64,000 bases of DNA from Octopus sinensis (lineage: Eukaryota), in the NCBI RefSeq assembly GCF_006345805.1, contig NC_043020.1, forward strand, positions 20,522,001 through 20,586,000. The letters run 5' to 3'. A program made the translations under genes and the position numbers. The notes below the pieces were generated by a model, which did not search any database, was not told the origin of the DNA, and was given only the letters and a program-made list of their open reading frames with translations. Of the stretch, positions 52,751-64,000 are shown piece by piece. The stretch's first letter is position 1. Each line of letters opens with the position of its first letter.

Positions 52751-53215
52751 CTTTCTAACAAAGAGTATTACCTGCAATGTTAGACTATGGCACACAAATT
52801 GAGTCCATTTTTGCACTGTTTATACTCACCAATTGCCAATATATATCATCATTATTTTCCTCAGATCATATTGTTTACAGTAGTAAACTAACTTTCTATA
52901 ATTTATATAAATTTATCTGTTAATGTAATCCCACTGCTAAAATGTGTCCCTTTGACAGTTATTTGGTGGTGCTACTGAACCAGACACTGTGAATGGATGA
53001 TGGATAAAAAAGTAGAGTGATTTGGTAGAGAGACTTACAAACAGAAAGTAAGAAATAATTCGGTTTTACTCTGAGAATGTAGAGTCTCACAGATGAGATG
53101 AACCTAGGGTGAGAAGCAAAGTGATGTATTGCTGGTCAATCAAACCAATTCCTGCTTTAATAGAGACATTAAACAGAAGAGAATGCATATAATCTCACAC
53201 ATACACACACATATA

Positions 53216-54093
53216 CAGGATGTGGTGAATATACTGTCATCTAAAATTATGCAAAAATGAAAGTAACACTGACATCTCATTTTAACAGATGTATTTAGCA
53301 AAATTACATAAAAATATCTTGAAATACTAAAGAGTAAATTTATTCAATAAAATCACCATTTATTTGGTCCTTATTTAAATAGCCATTTATTTGGCTTCAC
53401 TCCTGCAACTCTTCTGAATAGTCTCCTTGTTTAAGTTGGTGAATGCTGCCATAATCCTTGCCTTTAGTTCATCTTTGGTGTTACAAAGAGAGTTTTGTTG
53501 GTCTCTTGCTCAACTGCACTCCACACATATTAAAAGAGGTTGCAGTACACAGAGTTAGGGGTGATGCTGTCACAGAAATTGATTGACAGTCATGACTGGG
53601 TTCTCCTGCTTGTGTGGTATGGTACAGAATCCTATTCCTAGACATAGGTTCTTCCAGCAGCCACCATCTTCACCCAGGGCAGCACTACCTCCTCCAGGCA
53701 CTTGATGTAGGCCTCCGTGTTGAGTGTGAGGCCATGTGGGAAGATGAATGGAAACATAACGTCACCATCATTAGTGATCACTCCAAACACTATGATGTTG
53801 ACCGGATATTTGATTTTTATCACTCTTGGTACATGTTTTGGGGACATGGCAAGCCAATGGTTCTTCTTGTGTTCACCATCAGTTCACACTGGAGCTTCTG
53901 GCACAAATGCCAAGCAGTACAGCATGTCATTTCCAAATTTCTGGCAGAGCGAATTGCTTTATGATGCTGTTCTTCTCACAGATGGTGCCCAACTGACCCT
54001 ACTATACTGTGTAGTCAACAAAATCAAAAGCAAACAATGTGCATGTGCAAAATTAAAAATACAAAATGGCGACAAATTACCCCTCGCATCCTG
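53216..54093 (-). mobile_element. Internally deleted maT/DD37D copy (same family as 37138-38371), 878 bp
   Basis: TA on both sides; CAGGATG termini; HPVNIIVFGVITNDGDVMFPFIFPHGLTLNTEAYIKCLEEVVLPW; lacks the N-terminal transposase segment. Confidence 0.92.
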
Positions 54094-54924
54094 TATATAT
54101 AAACCATGACATCTATGATTAGTCAAAGTTAAATATGATTTATATGTATATAAATTAATTAAAATGATTTATTGTCTTGATAGGAATAATTTAATCATTA
54201 ATAGATAAAAGTTCACTTATTAATGTTCTGTGGTTAAAACTGTGTCAACTCAAATTACAGATTGAATTTTTTTTCTGTTCTGTGTGGCCATGTGTGGGGA
54301 TGCATGTATTCATTAATCAGCCTTAATATTCTGTATATATTGACTAACACTTGCTCAATTGTAAGGTACCTGTAAATTGTATTACTGATAAAATTATAAT
54401 TAGGTAACAAACTCAGTTCAATGGAAATTTATCCCTTAATAAACACCAATCAACACTTCCTGCAGTGCAGAATATACACCACTGAAACAACAAAGCTGAC
54501 CTTGGGCTAAACAACAACACACTTCATAAAGCATGCTATCTCACCTCATCTACCTTAAAAACAATTCCCAAATCATTTCAAATCAAACATCTTAAATTAT
54601 AATTTGTAGCAACAACTTGATTTGAGCCAACAGTGAACTATTAATTACTATTGAATCATTAAGCATACAGCCAGCACCATTACCAATTCCTTCTTTCCTG
54701 AAAAGGCCTACACGATTTGAATGATTTAATTCTTTCTGAGTAGTGGTGGTGGTAGTAGTAACAGCAGCAATTATAAATATGAGACATGTTCAGAAAGTAT
54801 CAGACTTGATTTTTTCTATCAAAACTAAAACCTTTGGATGGGATGTGACACCACCCTTCCTGCGCATGCATAAAGATTTTTGTAATGCATCATTTCTTGG
54901 CTATTATGTCTAGAGTACATATGT

Positions 54925-55990
54925 GTAGTGCATGCTCCCTTCGGTAGGAAAAAGGTTTGGGGAATAAGCTGGGTGGGGAAGAACTTTGTAGCCAAGTTCC
55001 CTCAACTTCTGGAGCATCATTAGTGAAACATGTGGTTGAACATTGTCATGAAGAATGATTGGTTCCCTTCTGTTGACCAATCTGGGATGCAGGAGTAGCA
55101 GATTTTCGTTCATTTTGGCAATTTCATGGCAATGTTTCTGCAGTAATGGTTTTAAGTAGTTATAGTGGACGAGTCCAGCAATACACCACCAAACAGTCAT
55201 CATAACCTTTTTGAAGGGCTCGGGTTTAGGGAAGGTTTACAGTGCTTCATTTTAGTCCAACCACTGTGAAGAACATTTTTTTATTACTGCACAGAATCTA
55301 TTTTTCATCACAAGTTAGAATATGGCTGAGAAATGGATCGGTCTAGTTATGGAGAAGAAGCAATGAGAAAATTTCATATCTTCGCATTTTTCTGATTTTC
55401 ATTTAAATCATGTGGTACCCATTTGTCAAGGTTTTTTGATTTTCCGATCACATGCAAATGGTTGCTGGTAGTTTTCTGGCTAAATTGAAGTTCTTTTGCC
55501 AGTTCTCGAGTTGTTTTACATGGATCTTTCTCAATGACGGAAAGGATCGATGGGCCACGCTTTCACGGTCCGTATCCATACTGAAAATCAAGATCGAGCG
55601 AGCTTTTGGTGTCCACTATGCTCAAAATCTTCAAGGCTTGGATCTCTACTGCAAAATCATTTAAACCATTTTCGAGCTGACCATTCACTGGTCATTTCCT
55701 CACCAAATGTTTCATTGAGATCACAAGCAGTTTTGGCTGCTTTACATCCTTTTTTGAAGTTGAATAGTAAAATTGTTCGAATATCGTGCTCTGACAGTTC
55801 CATTTCAAATGACTGTAACAACGGTGAAAAGAATATCAATGTTAATTTATTGATGCATTTGGGCAAGTCTATGTCTGTATTATCAGACAATTTTTTTAAA
55901 AAAATGCATTAAAAAAAATTCAAAACTCTGCAAAAATCTGGTACAAATTCTTCATAGTTCAAAATGTTGCTTACTTTTTACTCAACCTGA
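54925..55990 (-). mobile_element. Hsmar1/SETMAR-like mariner relic
   Basis: TIR TATCAGGTTGAGTAAAAAGTAA; MELSEHDIRTILLFNFKKGCKAAKTACDLNETFG; MMTVWW; ILHDNVQPH; HPAYSPNLFPT. Confidence 0.88.
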
Positions 55991-56059
55991 TACATATATA
56001 TGTTGTGTCCTGTTGATAATATTATGTCCTTCTTTGCACTCACTGTATATACCACTGTA

Positions 56060-56440
56060 GTGGAGGCGCAATGGCCCAGTGGTTAGGGCAGCGGACTCGC
56101 GTTCATAGGATCGTGGTTTCGATTCCCAGACCGGGCATTGTGAGTGTTTATTGAGCGAAAACACCTAAAGCTCCACGAGGCTCTGGCAGGGGATGGTGGT
56201 GATCCCTGCTGTACTCTTTCACCACAACTTTCTCTCACTCTTACTTCCTGTTTCTGTTGTACAATTTCAAAGGGCCGGCCTTGTCACTCTCTGTGTCACG
56301 CTGAATATCCCCGAGAACTACGTTAAGGGTACACGTGTTAGTGGAGTGCTCAGCCACTTACACGTTAATTTCACGAGCAGGCTGTTCCGTTGATTCAGAT
56401 CAACCGGAACCCTCATCGTCATAACCGACGGAGTGCTTCC
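56060..56440 (+). mobile_element. Young tRNA-derived SINE (third family) with 13-bp TSD
   Basis: Head GGAGGCGCAATGGCCCAGTGGTTAGG...GGTTTCGATTCC; TSD ATATACCACTGTA at 56047-56059 and 56441-56453; CpG-rich. Confidence 0.92.
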
Positions 56441-57235
56441 ATATACCACTGTATAACGTGGACATATAACAAAGTTATAAAAATACAAATATAAATCAGA
56501 AACAACACATAACAAACAATATCCCTTCTCAACAACTTCTACGACTGTCTTCACAAAGCACCTGACAGTGCGCATGTGCCTTTATACAGTTTAGGACAGT
56601 TGACTTGCTTTCCAACAGGGTTGGTGTCAGGATTTCACAATATATATGTATATATATATAGAGAGAAAGAGATACATACACATCTATATCTACATGTAGA
56701 GAAAATATTACTATGGAGGATCCTAGTCTCTCTACATTAACCTGTCAACTGTTTGGAAGGGTATTTGATATTGTTTTGATGCAGCATAAACATACGCAAC
56801 CAATGACTTGCCCATCATTAGACCTGCAACAAACAGAAGCAAAATCTCCCTCAAATCAGACCTGACCATCTAAAAATAAAGGATGCAATCAACATTATAG
56901 ATGCAATAACGGATGCAATCAATAGATACACTGTGTTTCAATAAAATATGGGATGCACCCAGCTGGAACACATTTGATCATGATAGTCTCGTAGCATCAG
57001 GATTGACCAGCAGCCAAAATAAAGTTCAAAATTATTTCCTTGTTTTTTGATTTTCTTTCAGTGTATTCAGTAAGCTACTATCTGGCCATATAAGCTGCAA
57101 GAAACAACAGCCACATCTTACTCAAATCACACTCTGCTACATTAAAGAAAAAAGGACACATAACATAACGTAGTCCTAGATACACTCTGTCAGAATGTGT
57201 GTGTGTGTGTTTGCTTATAAGTGATACAATCAATT

Positions 57236-57380
57236 GTGGAGGTGCATGGTTTAGTGGTTAAGATGTTGGATTCACAACCATAAGATTGTGGTTTCGATCC
57301 CTGGACCAGGCAATGCATTGTGTCCTTGAGCAAAAACGCTTCATGTTGCTCCAGTCCACTCAGCTATAGAAATGAGTGTA
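57236..57380 (+). mobile_element. Degenerate tRNA-SINE head with CORE-like motif
   Basis: GGTGCATGGTTTAGTGGTTAAG...GGTTTCGATCCC...TGTCCTTGAGCAA; same family as the arms at 25727. Confidence 0.65.
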
Positions 57381-58369
57381 GCCTAGAGAGGAATGAACTC
57401 CACCAGGCTTTTTCGCCCTAGATACACTGCATGGCTGCAGCACCCCAATGGCCCCCAAGGGATTGAGGGACTTGTCAATTGTCACAGTCATTTGTAACAA
57501 ATTGTCTTTTGGTTTTGTGTCTTCAAAGACATACAGAATAAAAGATCTCTTTCTTGAGAAACAGGTGTTAGCAACGGGAAGGGCATCTGACTGTTAAACA
57601 GTGCTTCAATAATACATTTGTATGATCAATATTAGTATGGAAAAACAAATGTAAAAAAAAAACAAAACAAATAATACGTGCAAACATGCTTGTGATATGT
57701 ATGCATGTGAATGATGCCATAAGTACATATAAGCACACCACTGATTTGCACTTGCTATATGTTTGCATGTGTATGCATGTGGTTATGGGTTGGAACACAC
57801 AAATGCACATATGCTACAATGTAATAATACTCATCTCTCAAAAGAACAGGCAAAAGGAAAAGGGAAATCTAAGTTTCATTCTTTCTACTTAACCCCTCAC
57901 TACATTGTTTCCCACCACCACTTCCACAAAACACCATATTAGATAGATGTGTCTTTGGCCATTGATTAAATTAATCTGAAACACAACACCAATGGTCAGA
58001 ACACCCTCATTCAATTTTCTACCGATCAGGTCTTAAAAGATTTTTTAATACTTAACTCTATAACAGAACTATACACACTCCTAAACATGTGTGTGTGTCC
58101 AACTCTTACAAGCGTGAGAAAACAGCTGTGTGATGCTGCTGCTAATAATAATGAAACATGTATACAAATGCACATGCATGCATGTATATGCACTACATTT
58201 ACACAAACACAAACTTATTTCCAAATACATACACATAGCATGACTACAAATGGACAGATGTGCTGTTGTTACCATTTGACTGGTCTCAACTGATTTTGGC
58301 TGGACCAACTGGGCTAAATTGGTTTGGTTCACTGGTTTCACAAGTTAAACTAATTGTATTTGAGGTGTG

Positions 58370-58640
58370 TAGTGGTGGTGGTGATGGTAGTAGTAGAGTA
58401 GCAGAGGAGTTTGTAGTGGTACTAGTGGTGTTGTTGATAATGATAGTAGTGGTCATGATGGTGGTGGTAATGTTAGTGGTGGTTGTAGTAGTGATAGTAA
58501 TGACAGTGGTGGTGGTAGTGGCAGGGATGATGGTCATCGTGATAGTGATGGTGGAGGTAATGGTGGGATGTTGTTGGTAATCCAGGTAGTGGTGGTGGCA
58601 TAGATGAAGGTAGTAGTAGTGGTATTGATTGTAGTAATAA
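58370..58640. repeat. (GTG/GTA/GAT)n trinucleotide low-complexity tract
   Basis: Directly visible; gives poly-V / poly-T pseudo-ORFs. Confidence 0.9.
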
Positions 58641-59639
58641 CAGTGGTGGAATGAATTCTAATAAGGTGAAAGGAAGGAGAACAACCTTCAATAGGGGTGT
58701 CATTCTTAAACCCCACCACCACCACTACTCACAACTCACTACACACATTTCTCTTCTCTATCAATGCAGCTGATGATGCTGGTGATAATGCTGAGTCTAA
58801 AAGTTAATGGCAATCACATTGATGAAAACATATCCCACATTATTGATCTGTGTGTGTGTATAAGAGTCATTACCACCACCACCACCACCACCATGACCAT
58901 TTCACCCTTCAGCACCATCATCACAACCACTACCCTTATGACTCTTACCCAACACCTCACTACCCAACCAACATGAGAAATATGGAAAAAAAAATTAATA
59001 TTCAATAATAAATAAATAAATATGTAGAAATAAAATAATGTCAGGAAATGGATCTGAAAGGGTAAACTTGAAACTGAAACCATTGTTTTGGAGGGGACAG
59101 GGTGAAGGAGGATCTCATTAATTCACTATTCAGGATGTGTGTGTGTGTGTGTGTGCGTGCGTGTGCTCGTGTGAAAATATGATTCATCATGTAAATATGT
59201 TTATGGTTGTTGTTGTTCCACCAAAAAGGCCACAGCCAACTCAACAAAACAAAATCTGCAGAAAGTTGCAGCTTCGCAGCAGCTTTAACCAACATTTCTA
59301 AGATCTAACGACAGCGTGAGAGTGTGTGTGTAAAAGAGAAGATAAAGGAAGGGATAGGGAGGGAGAAATAGAGAGAGGGATGGGCAGAGGGGAGAGAGAC
59401 AGAAAGTAAAAGAACATCTGTAAGTAGATATATATTTTTGTCAATATGAATACATTAATTTTTATATGTATGTATATGAAACATAAAGAATCTTACTAAA
59501 ATAATTAATGCAGTTCATTTGATTAAGGAAAAGCATTAGAGCAATACCCTAGCATGATATTACTCCAATGATTGATAACACTAAAAAAAACACACACACA
59601 CACACACATTATTAGTTCGTCTGTCTTTGTTGACAATGA

Positions 59640-59905
59640 TGAAGAACATGACATGGGAGAAGATGGGGTATGGTGTCTGGCTGTGGCCAATCAGTCTGTT
59701 GTGTGCTCAGAAAGCTTTTCTGCAGGTTGGACATTGGTGATCTGCTGAGCCTGAAGGCGAGGAGTTGGTACTGGACTTGCACCATTTGTATTTTCTTTGT
59801 GTCCCTGCAATTCCATTCTCTTCATATAAGGTAGCACCTCAGCTGGTGCAGTTTCACCAGGCAGGATGGTCTTGTGCTTGCATTTCCCCAGGTGTCGACC
59901 AAGAT
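59640..59905 (-). mobile_element. RTE (BovB-like) LINE 3' end with C2H2 finger
   Basis: HQCPTCRKAF*AHNRLIGHSQT resembles the CPxCxRxFxxxxGLxSHxRTH terminus of RTE elements. Confidence 0.6.
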
Positions 59906-60740
59906 ACTCTAGCAGAATGGAACCAAATGAAGTTTATGTGTCAACATAGTCGCTCTTGAGGTTCACACACTTCTTCCATCAGTGCTGCAGTGGTAGGATC
60001 TCATTGGTAAAGAAGCTTTCATCTTGTTGGTCAAAAACGTCGTCAACAGTAGATATAACATCATCATCACTGTGATACTGGTTCCCAGCCAAGTGTTTTT
60101 TTTTCCTGTTGGGAAACAGTTGACTGTCACATGGGGTCAAATCTGGAAAATAGGGATGATGATCAACCAGTTAAAATCCACAGTCATGCACAGTAGCCAT
60201 CGAAACCAAAGACTTGTGTCCAGAAGAAAATAGGCCCATTTTGTCAGTTTACCAGAGCATTTGGTCTTGACAGCTTTTTGTAACTACCTCAGTAAGTTGG
60301 CATAGTACTCTCTACTGTTGGTGGGGACTTTTGAAAATAGTCAATAAACACAATGCTTTTGCATCCAAAAAAAAACTGGGGCCATCACCTTCCCTGCAAA
60401 TGAAATGACCTCAGCTTCCTTCGGAGCAAGTGAGAAGAGGTGTTGTTTCCACTCCTTGGATTGTCTCTTTGTCTCTAGCTCAAAGTGATGAAGCCAACAC
60501 TCATCCTGGGTTAGAAAACACTGGAAACATTCCAACCAGAGGCTTCCAATTCCATCTGAACTTTGAGTACAAAAGGTCTTGTACCATTTAGAAAGTTGGA
60601 AATTTCTAAATCGCTTGTTTCACATATACGGTAATGATGACTGCATGTCTCTTCTTTCTCATGTTGCATTTTTCATACCATGAGGGATCTGAAGAAATGA
60701 AAACCTCTGAAGTGATTTGGAAAATGTAATGCCCTTATAT
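59906..60740 (-). mobile_element. mariner (DD34D-type) relic
   Basis: TQDECWLHHFELETKRQSKEWK..AGKVMAPVF; 3' end resembling WKKCVNLKSDYVD. Confidence 0.8.
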
Positions 60741-60820
60741 TATGTGTCATAACTAGCCCTCACAGCCTGTATATATGAATGTGTGTATGCATCCATACAT
60801 GAGTGTATGTGTATGTATGT

Positions 60821-60873
<53 letters not shown>

Positions 60874-60879
60874 CATACA

Positions 60880-61622
60880 CCCAGAGATGATGACCAGTCC
60901 AGGACCAGCAACACAGAGAAGGTAACCGATGACCCCAGTACCACCGCCACAGATGATGATCAATATTATCATCAACACTGAGAGTCATCAGGCCCAGTAC
61001 AATTGCCACACCTAGAGATGATGATGAATCGAGGACCAGCAACACAGAGGAGGTATCAGTACATCTTTCAAACATCACTTCCGCAACTACCAGTTATTTT
61101 TCAGAGTCCCCAGAAGGACATTTTATGTCCCTGGCCAACCATGTGTGGCATCTCAAAGATCAAGGGACCCCATGTGACATCTGGTGGAAAATAATAGATC
61201 ATCCAGGCTCATATATTAATGGAAGTGGCTGTTGCAAAATCTGCATCACAAAGAGAATCAAAATTCTTAAGAACTATGCTAAACCTGGCACATTGAATAA
61301 TTGTAAAGAAGTTTTCTCTAAATGTATCCATTTCAAGTGCTACCTATTGGAAAATTGGATCTCTCCATTTACTGGTTAGGTTATTTTGGGTCTGTAAGAG
61401 ATTTTTATCCTCTGGTCCATATAACCCATCCTCAATATCTGAGTGTTTCCTCACATCCATATGGCAGAAAGTTTAATTTTTTTGTCTTTGTATAGAGTCT
61501 GATAAGCTGTCCATGAGGCTGTGGTTTTTGTGGATACAAAACCTTTGGTAACGCTATGACCAGAATTTTACTGCTCTATTCCTTTGAGTGTGTTTCTTTT
61601 TCTGATATATGTTTTATTGACA
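60880..61622 (+). mobile_element. PLE endonuclease C-terminal fragment (possibly Nematis-like) + 3' region, between (TA)n arrays
   Basis: SLANHVWHLKDQG..CDIWWKIID....Y.NGSGCCKICITKRIKI....LNNCKEVFSKCIHFK matches the pattern I associate with PLE GIY-YIG C-termini; hammerhead relic at 61492-61557. Confidence 0.6.
61492..61557 (+). ncRNA. Degenerate type-I hammerhead ribozyme
   Basis: Stem I ATAGAGT/ACGCTAT (6/7); core CTGATAA; stem II TGTCCAT/GTGGATA; C-AAAA (expected C-GAAA); stem III ACC-TTT-GGT; GUA. Confidence 0.5.
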
Positions 61623-61685
61623 ATATATATATATATATATATAATGATAAATCTCAGAGCGAGTTATAAACAGTAGCGGTAACAC

Positions 61686-62020
<335 letters not shown>

Positions 62021-62689
62021 GAAGATTGAGCTGAGTTGCAATGTCTGCGTTGACACGGTTTCTACAGTTGGATCCTCCTCTTATGGATGCTAATTAATTT
62101 ACAGAATGTGTTGGGTGTATTTTTTCATGACACCAACACTAGTGAGGTCACCAAGTACTCTCAAGACAAGACCTCTCAACTGAGTGGGATATAGTAGCAA
62201 AGGAGGTAAAAGTGAATACATGGACAGGAACAAGTGTCTTCCTGAAGAGGAGATACATAGCTTTCCCAATTGGAAAGAGGGACATATGATGATGGTGTAC
62301 CATAAAGATACATTTTGAACATGAGAGAGAGAATAAGGATAAAGGAAGAGAAAGAGTAGTAGGTATGTTCATGAGAATGTGAAAAGAATTTGACAGCCGA
62401 CTAGAGATGGAGATTGGAGTACACAGACACATATCAGTTTAGGGAGGGACGTGTAGGAAATAAGAGTGGATCAGAGGGAGGAGGAGATAAGGGACCGTAG
62501 CAGGGATACAATGTGAAGCATAGGGGAATAAATGGTATCATTTACAGCACCCCAGTGAGTATAGCCATAGTTAGAACATAGATGGATGGACAGATAGTAG
62601 GAAATGGGATGTGGGGGAGAAAAGCTTGGCAGGACCTCATTTTTACTGATATGGACAGGTCTCCTCAAGCAAAGTATATCACCATTCCT

Positions 62690-63035
62690 CACAGTCCTTT
62701 GTCATCTCCTCCATGAGGCTCAACATTTTGAAAATGGTCTTCACTACCTCATCCCATGTCTTCTAACCTCTCTTTCATTTCTGCATTTCTCCCACTTTTA
62801 TAGATTGCACTTTTTACAACTGTCCTCACCCATCCACATCACAGGAACCTCCCCTCTTGCACTCACATTTGATGCCTCTTATACCCAATTTTTCTCTCAA
62901 CACATTTATTTGTATTTTGTTGCACATGCACACAGACATTGCACATCCGGCATAGTATGCTAACTTCTTTTTTGTCTAGTCTTTGCAAATCCTGTGCATT
63001 CATAGCCCAACTTTCATACCCATGTAACATTGCTA
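62690..63035 (-). mobile_element. Decayed RTE C-terminal fragment
   Basis: AMLHGYESWAM motif on the minus strand at about 63000-63033. Confidence 0.5.
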
Positions 63036-63176
63036 ATTATACACAAGCATGTGTGTGTGTGTGTATACAAATATATATATATATATATATATTGGTAAAA
63101 ATGGTAAGATAACAAAAGAAAGAAAGAGACCTCAATATTATGTAAATAGAGGAATTATATATATACTTTTTTATAT

Positions 63177-63551
63177 ACTTTTACTTGTTTCAGTCATTTG
63201 ACTGCGGCCATGCTGGAGCACCGCCTTTAGTTTAGCAAATCGACCCCGGGACTTATTCTTTGTAAGCCCAGTACTTATTCTATCGGTCTCTTTTTGCCGA
63301 ACTGCTAAGTGACGGGGACGTAAACACACCAGCATCGGTTGTCAAGCAATGCTAGGGGGACAAACACAGACACACAAACACACACATACATATATACGAC
63401 AGGCTTCTTTCAGTTTCCGTCTACCAAATCCACTCACAAGGCATTGGTCGGCCTGGGGCTACAGTAGAAGACACTTGCCCAAGATGCCATGCAGCGGGAC
63501 TGAACCCGGAACCATGTGGTTGGTTAGCAAGCTACTTACTACACAGCCACT
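63177..63551 (-). mobile_element. Well-preserved octopus-type tRNA-derived SINE
   Basis: Near-identical to 44608-45052. Confidence 0.9.
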
Positions 63552-63609
63552 AATATATATATATATATATATATTAGGTCATCCCATAAATATATATATA
63601 TATATATAT

Positions 63610-63678
63610 AGGTGGTGCTATTAAGTTAGACATGGCCTGGGCCAATAATGGCCGAAACCTATCAAAGTATCAAAGTAT
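63610..63678 (+). mobile_element. About 68-bp 3' terminus of the CR1-group LINE seen at 19085-19592
   Basis: AGGTGGTGCTATTAAGTTAGACATGGCCTGGGCCAATAATGGCCGAAACCTATCA identical to 19521-19575, then TATCAAAG tail. Confidence 0.9.
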
Positions 63679-63691
63679 ATATATATATATA

Positions 63692-64000
63692 TTAGGTCAT
63701 CCCATAAATAAATAATTCGGATTTTTCAATTGCATGAACTAAAAGTTGGAGGGGGATGGGATAAACTACCTGCATCAACTTGCTATAAAAGCAGGTAGTA
63801 ATTTTACCTAGTACTTATTCTTAGTGCAAGTTTTGAAGAGTACAGTTCGATTTTAAGAATTATTTTTTCAAAGCTATAATGGAAGTGACAAAGGAGCATA
63901 TTTGGCATATTTTGTTTTATGAGTTCAATAAAGATAACAATGCTACAGAAAGTGCGAGGAATATTAATTCAGTATCCGCAGATGGGACAATAAGCATAAG
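63692..64000 (+). mobile_element. mariner left end and transposase start (runs off the window)
   Basis: TA-TTAGGTCATCCCATAAATAA TIR-like end; ATG at 63879: MEVTKEHIWHILFYEFNKDNNATESARNINSV (SETMAR/Hsmar1-like HTH). Confidence 0.8.

Noticed and set aside
56060-56135. tRNA-like cloverleaf
   Set aside because: Continues into a SINE body with a TSD and has no convincing acceptor stem; it is a SINE head, not a tRNA gene
58081-59083. Poly-V/T/H ORFs resembling mucin or membrane proteins
   Set aside because: Translation of trinucleotide low-complexity DNA in several frames

Overview
An AT-rich, repeat-dense animal window, most likely from an octopus. That assignment is inferred from my recognition of the dominant tRNA-derived SINE and RTE LINE families and was not confirmed by a search. 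I could not support any host protein-coding gene: the ORF track is almost entirely microsatellite read-through, antisense frames or transposon fragments. Retroelements include a 5'-truncated Penelope-like element (RT + GIY-YIG, 16.05-18.17 kb) in long (TA)n arrays, two further PLE remnants, a 3.5-kb RTE LINE with a PHD-type finger after its RT, other RTE/CR1-like LINE ends, an R4/Dong-like RLE element between (TAA)n tracts, and many SINEs. DNA transposons include five DD37D (maT)-type relics, four mariners, Tc1, pogo and several MITEs. There is a 100-N gap at 11619-11718. The most notable observations are: (1) type-I hammerhead ribozyme folds at the 3' end of all three PLE remnants, one apparently a U3-A8 core variant, with inverted terminal copies starting inside the ribozyme in two of them; (2) a pri-miRNA-like hairpin at about 24.41-24.51 kb; (3) a perfect 160-bp inverted duplication flanking a 672-bp spacer at 25.7-26.7 kb; (4) repeated retroelement insertion into (TA)n arrays. 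All folds and translations were done by eye and need computational confirmation.
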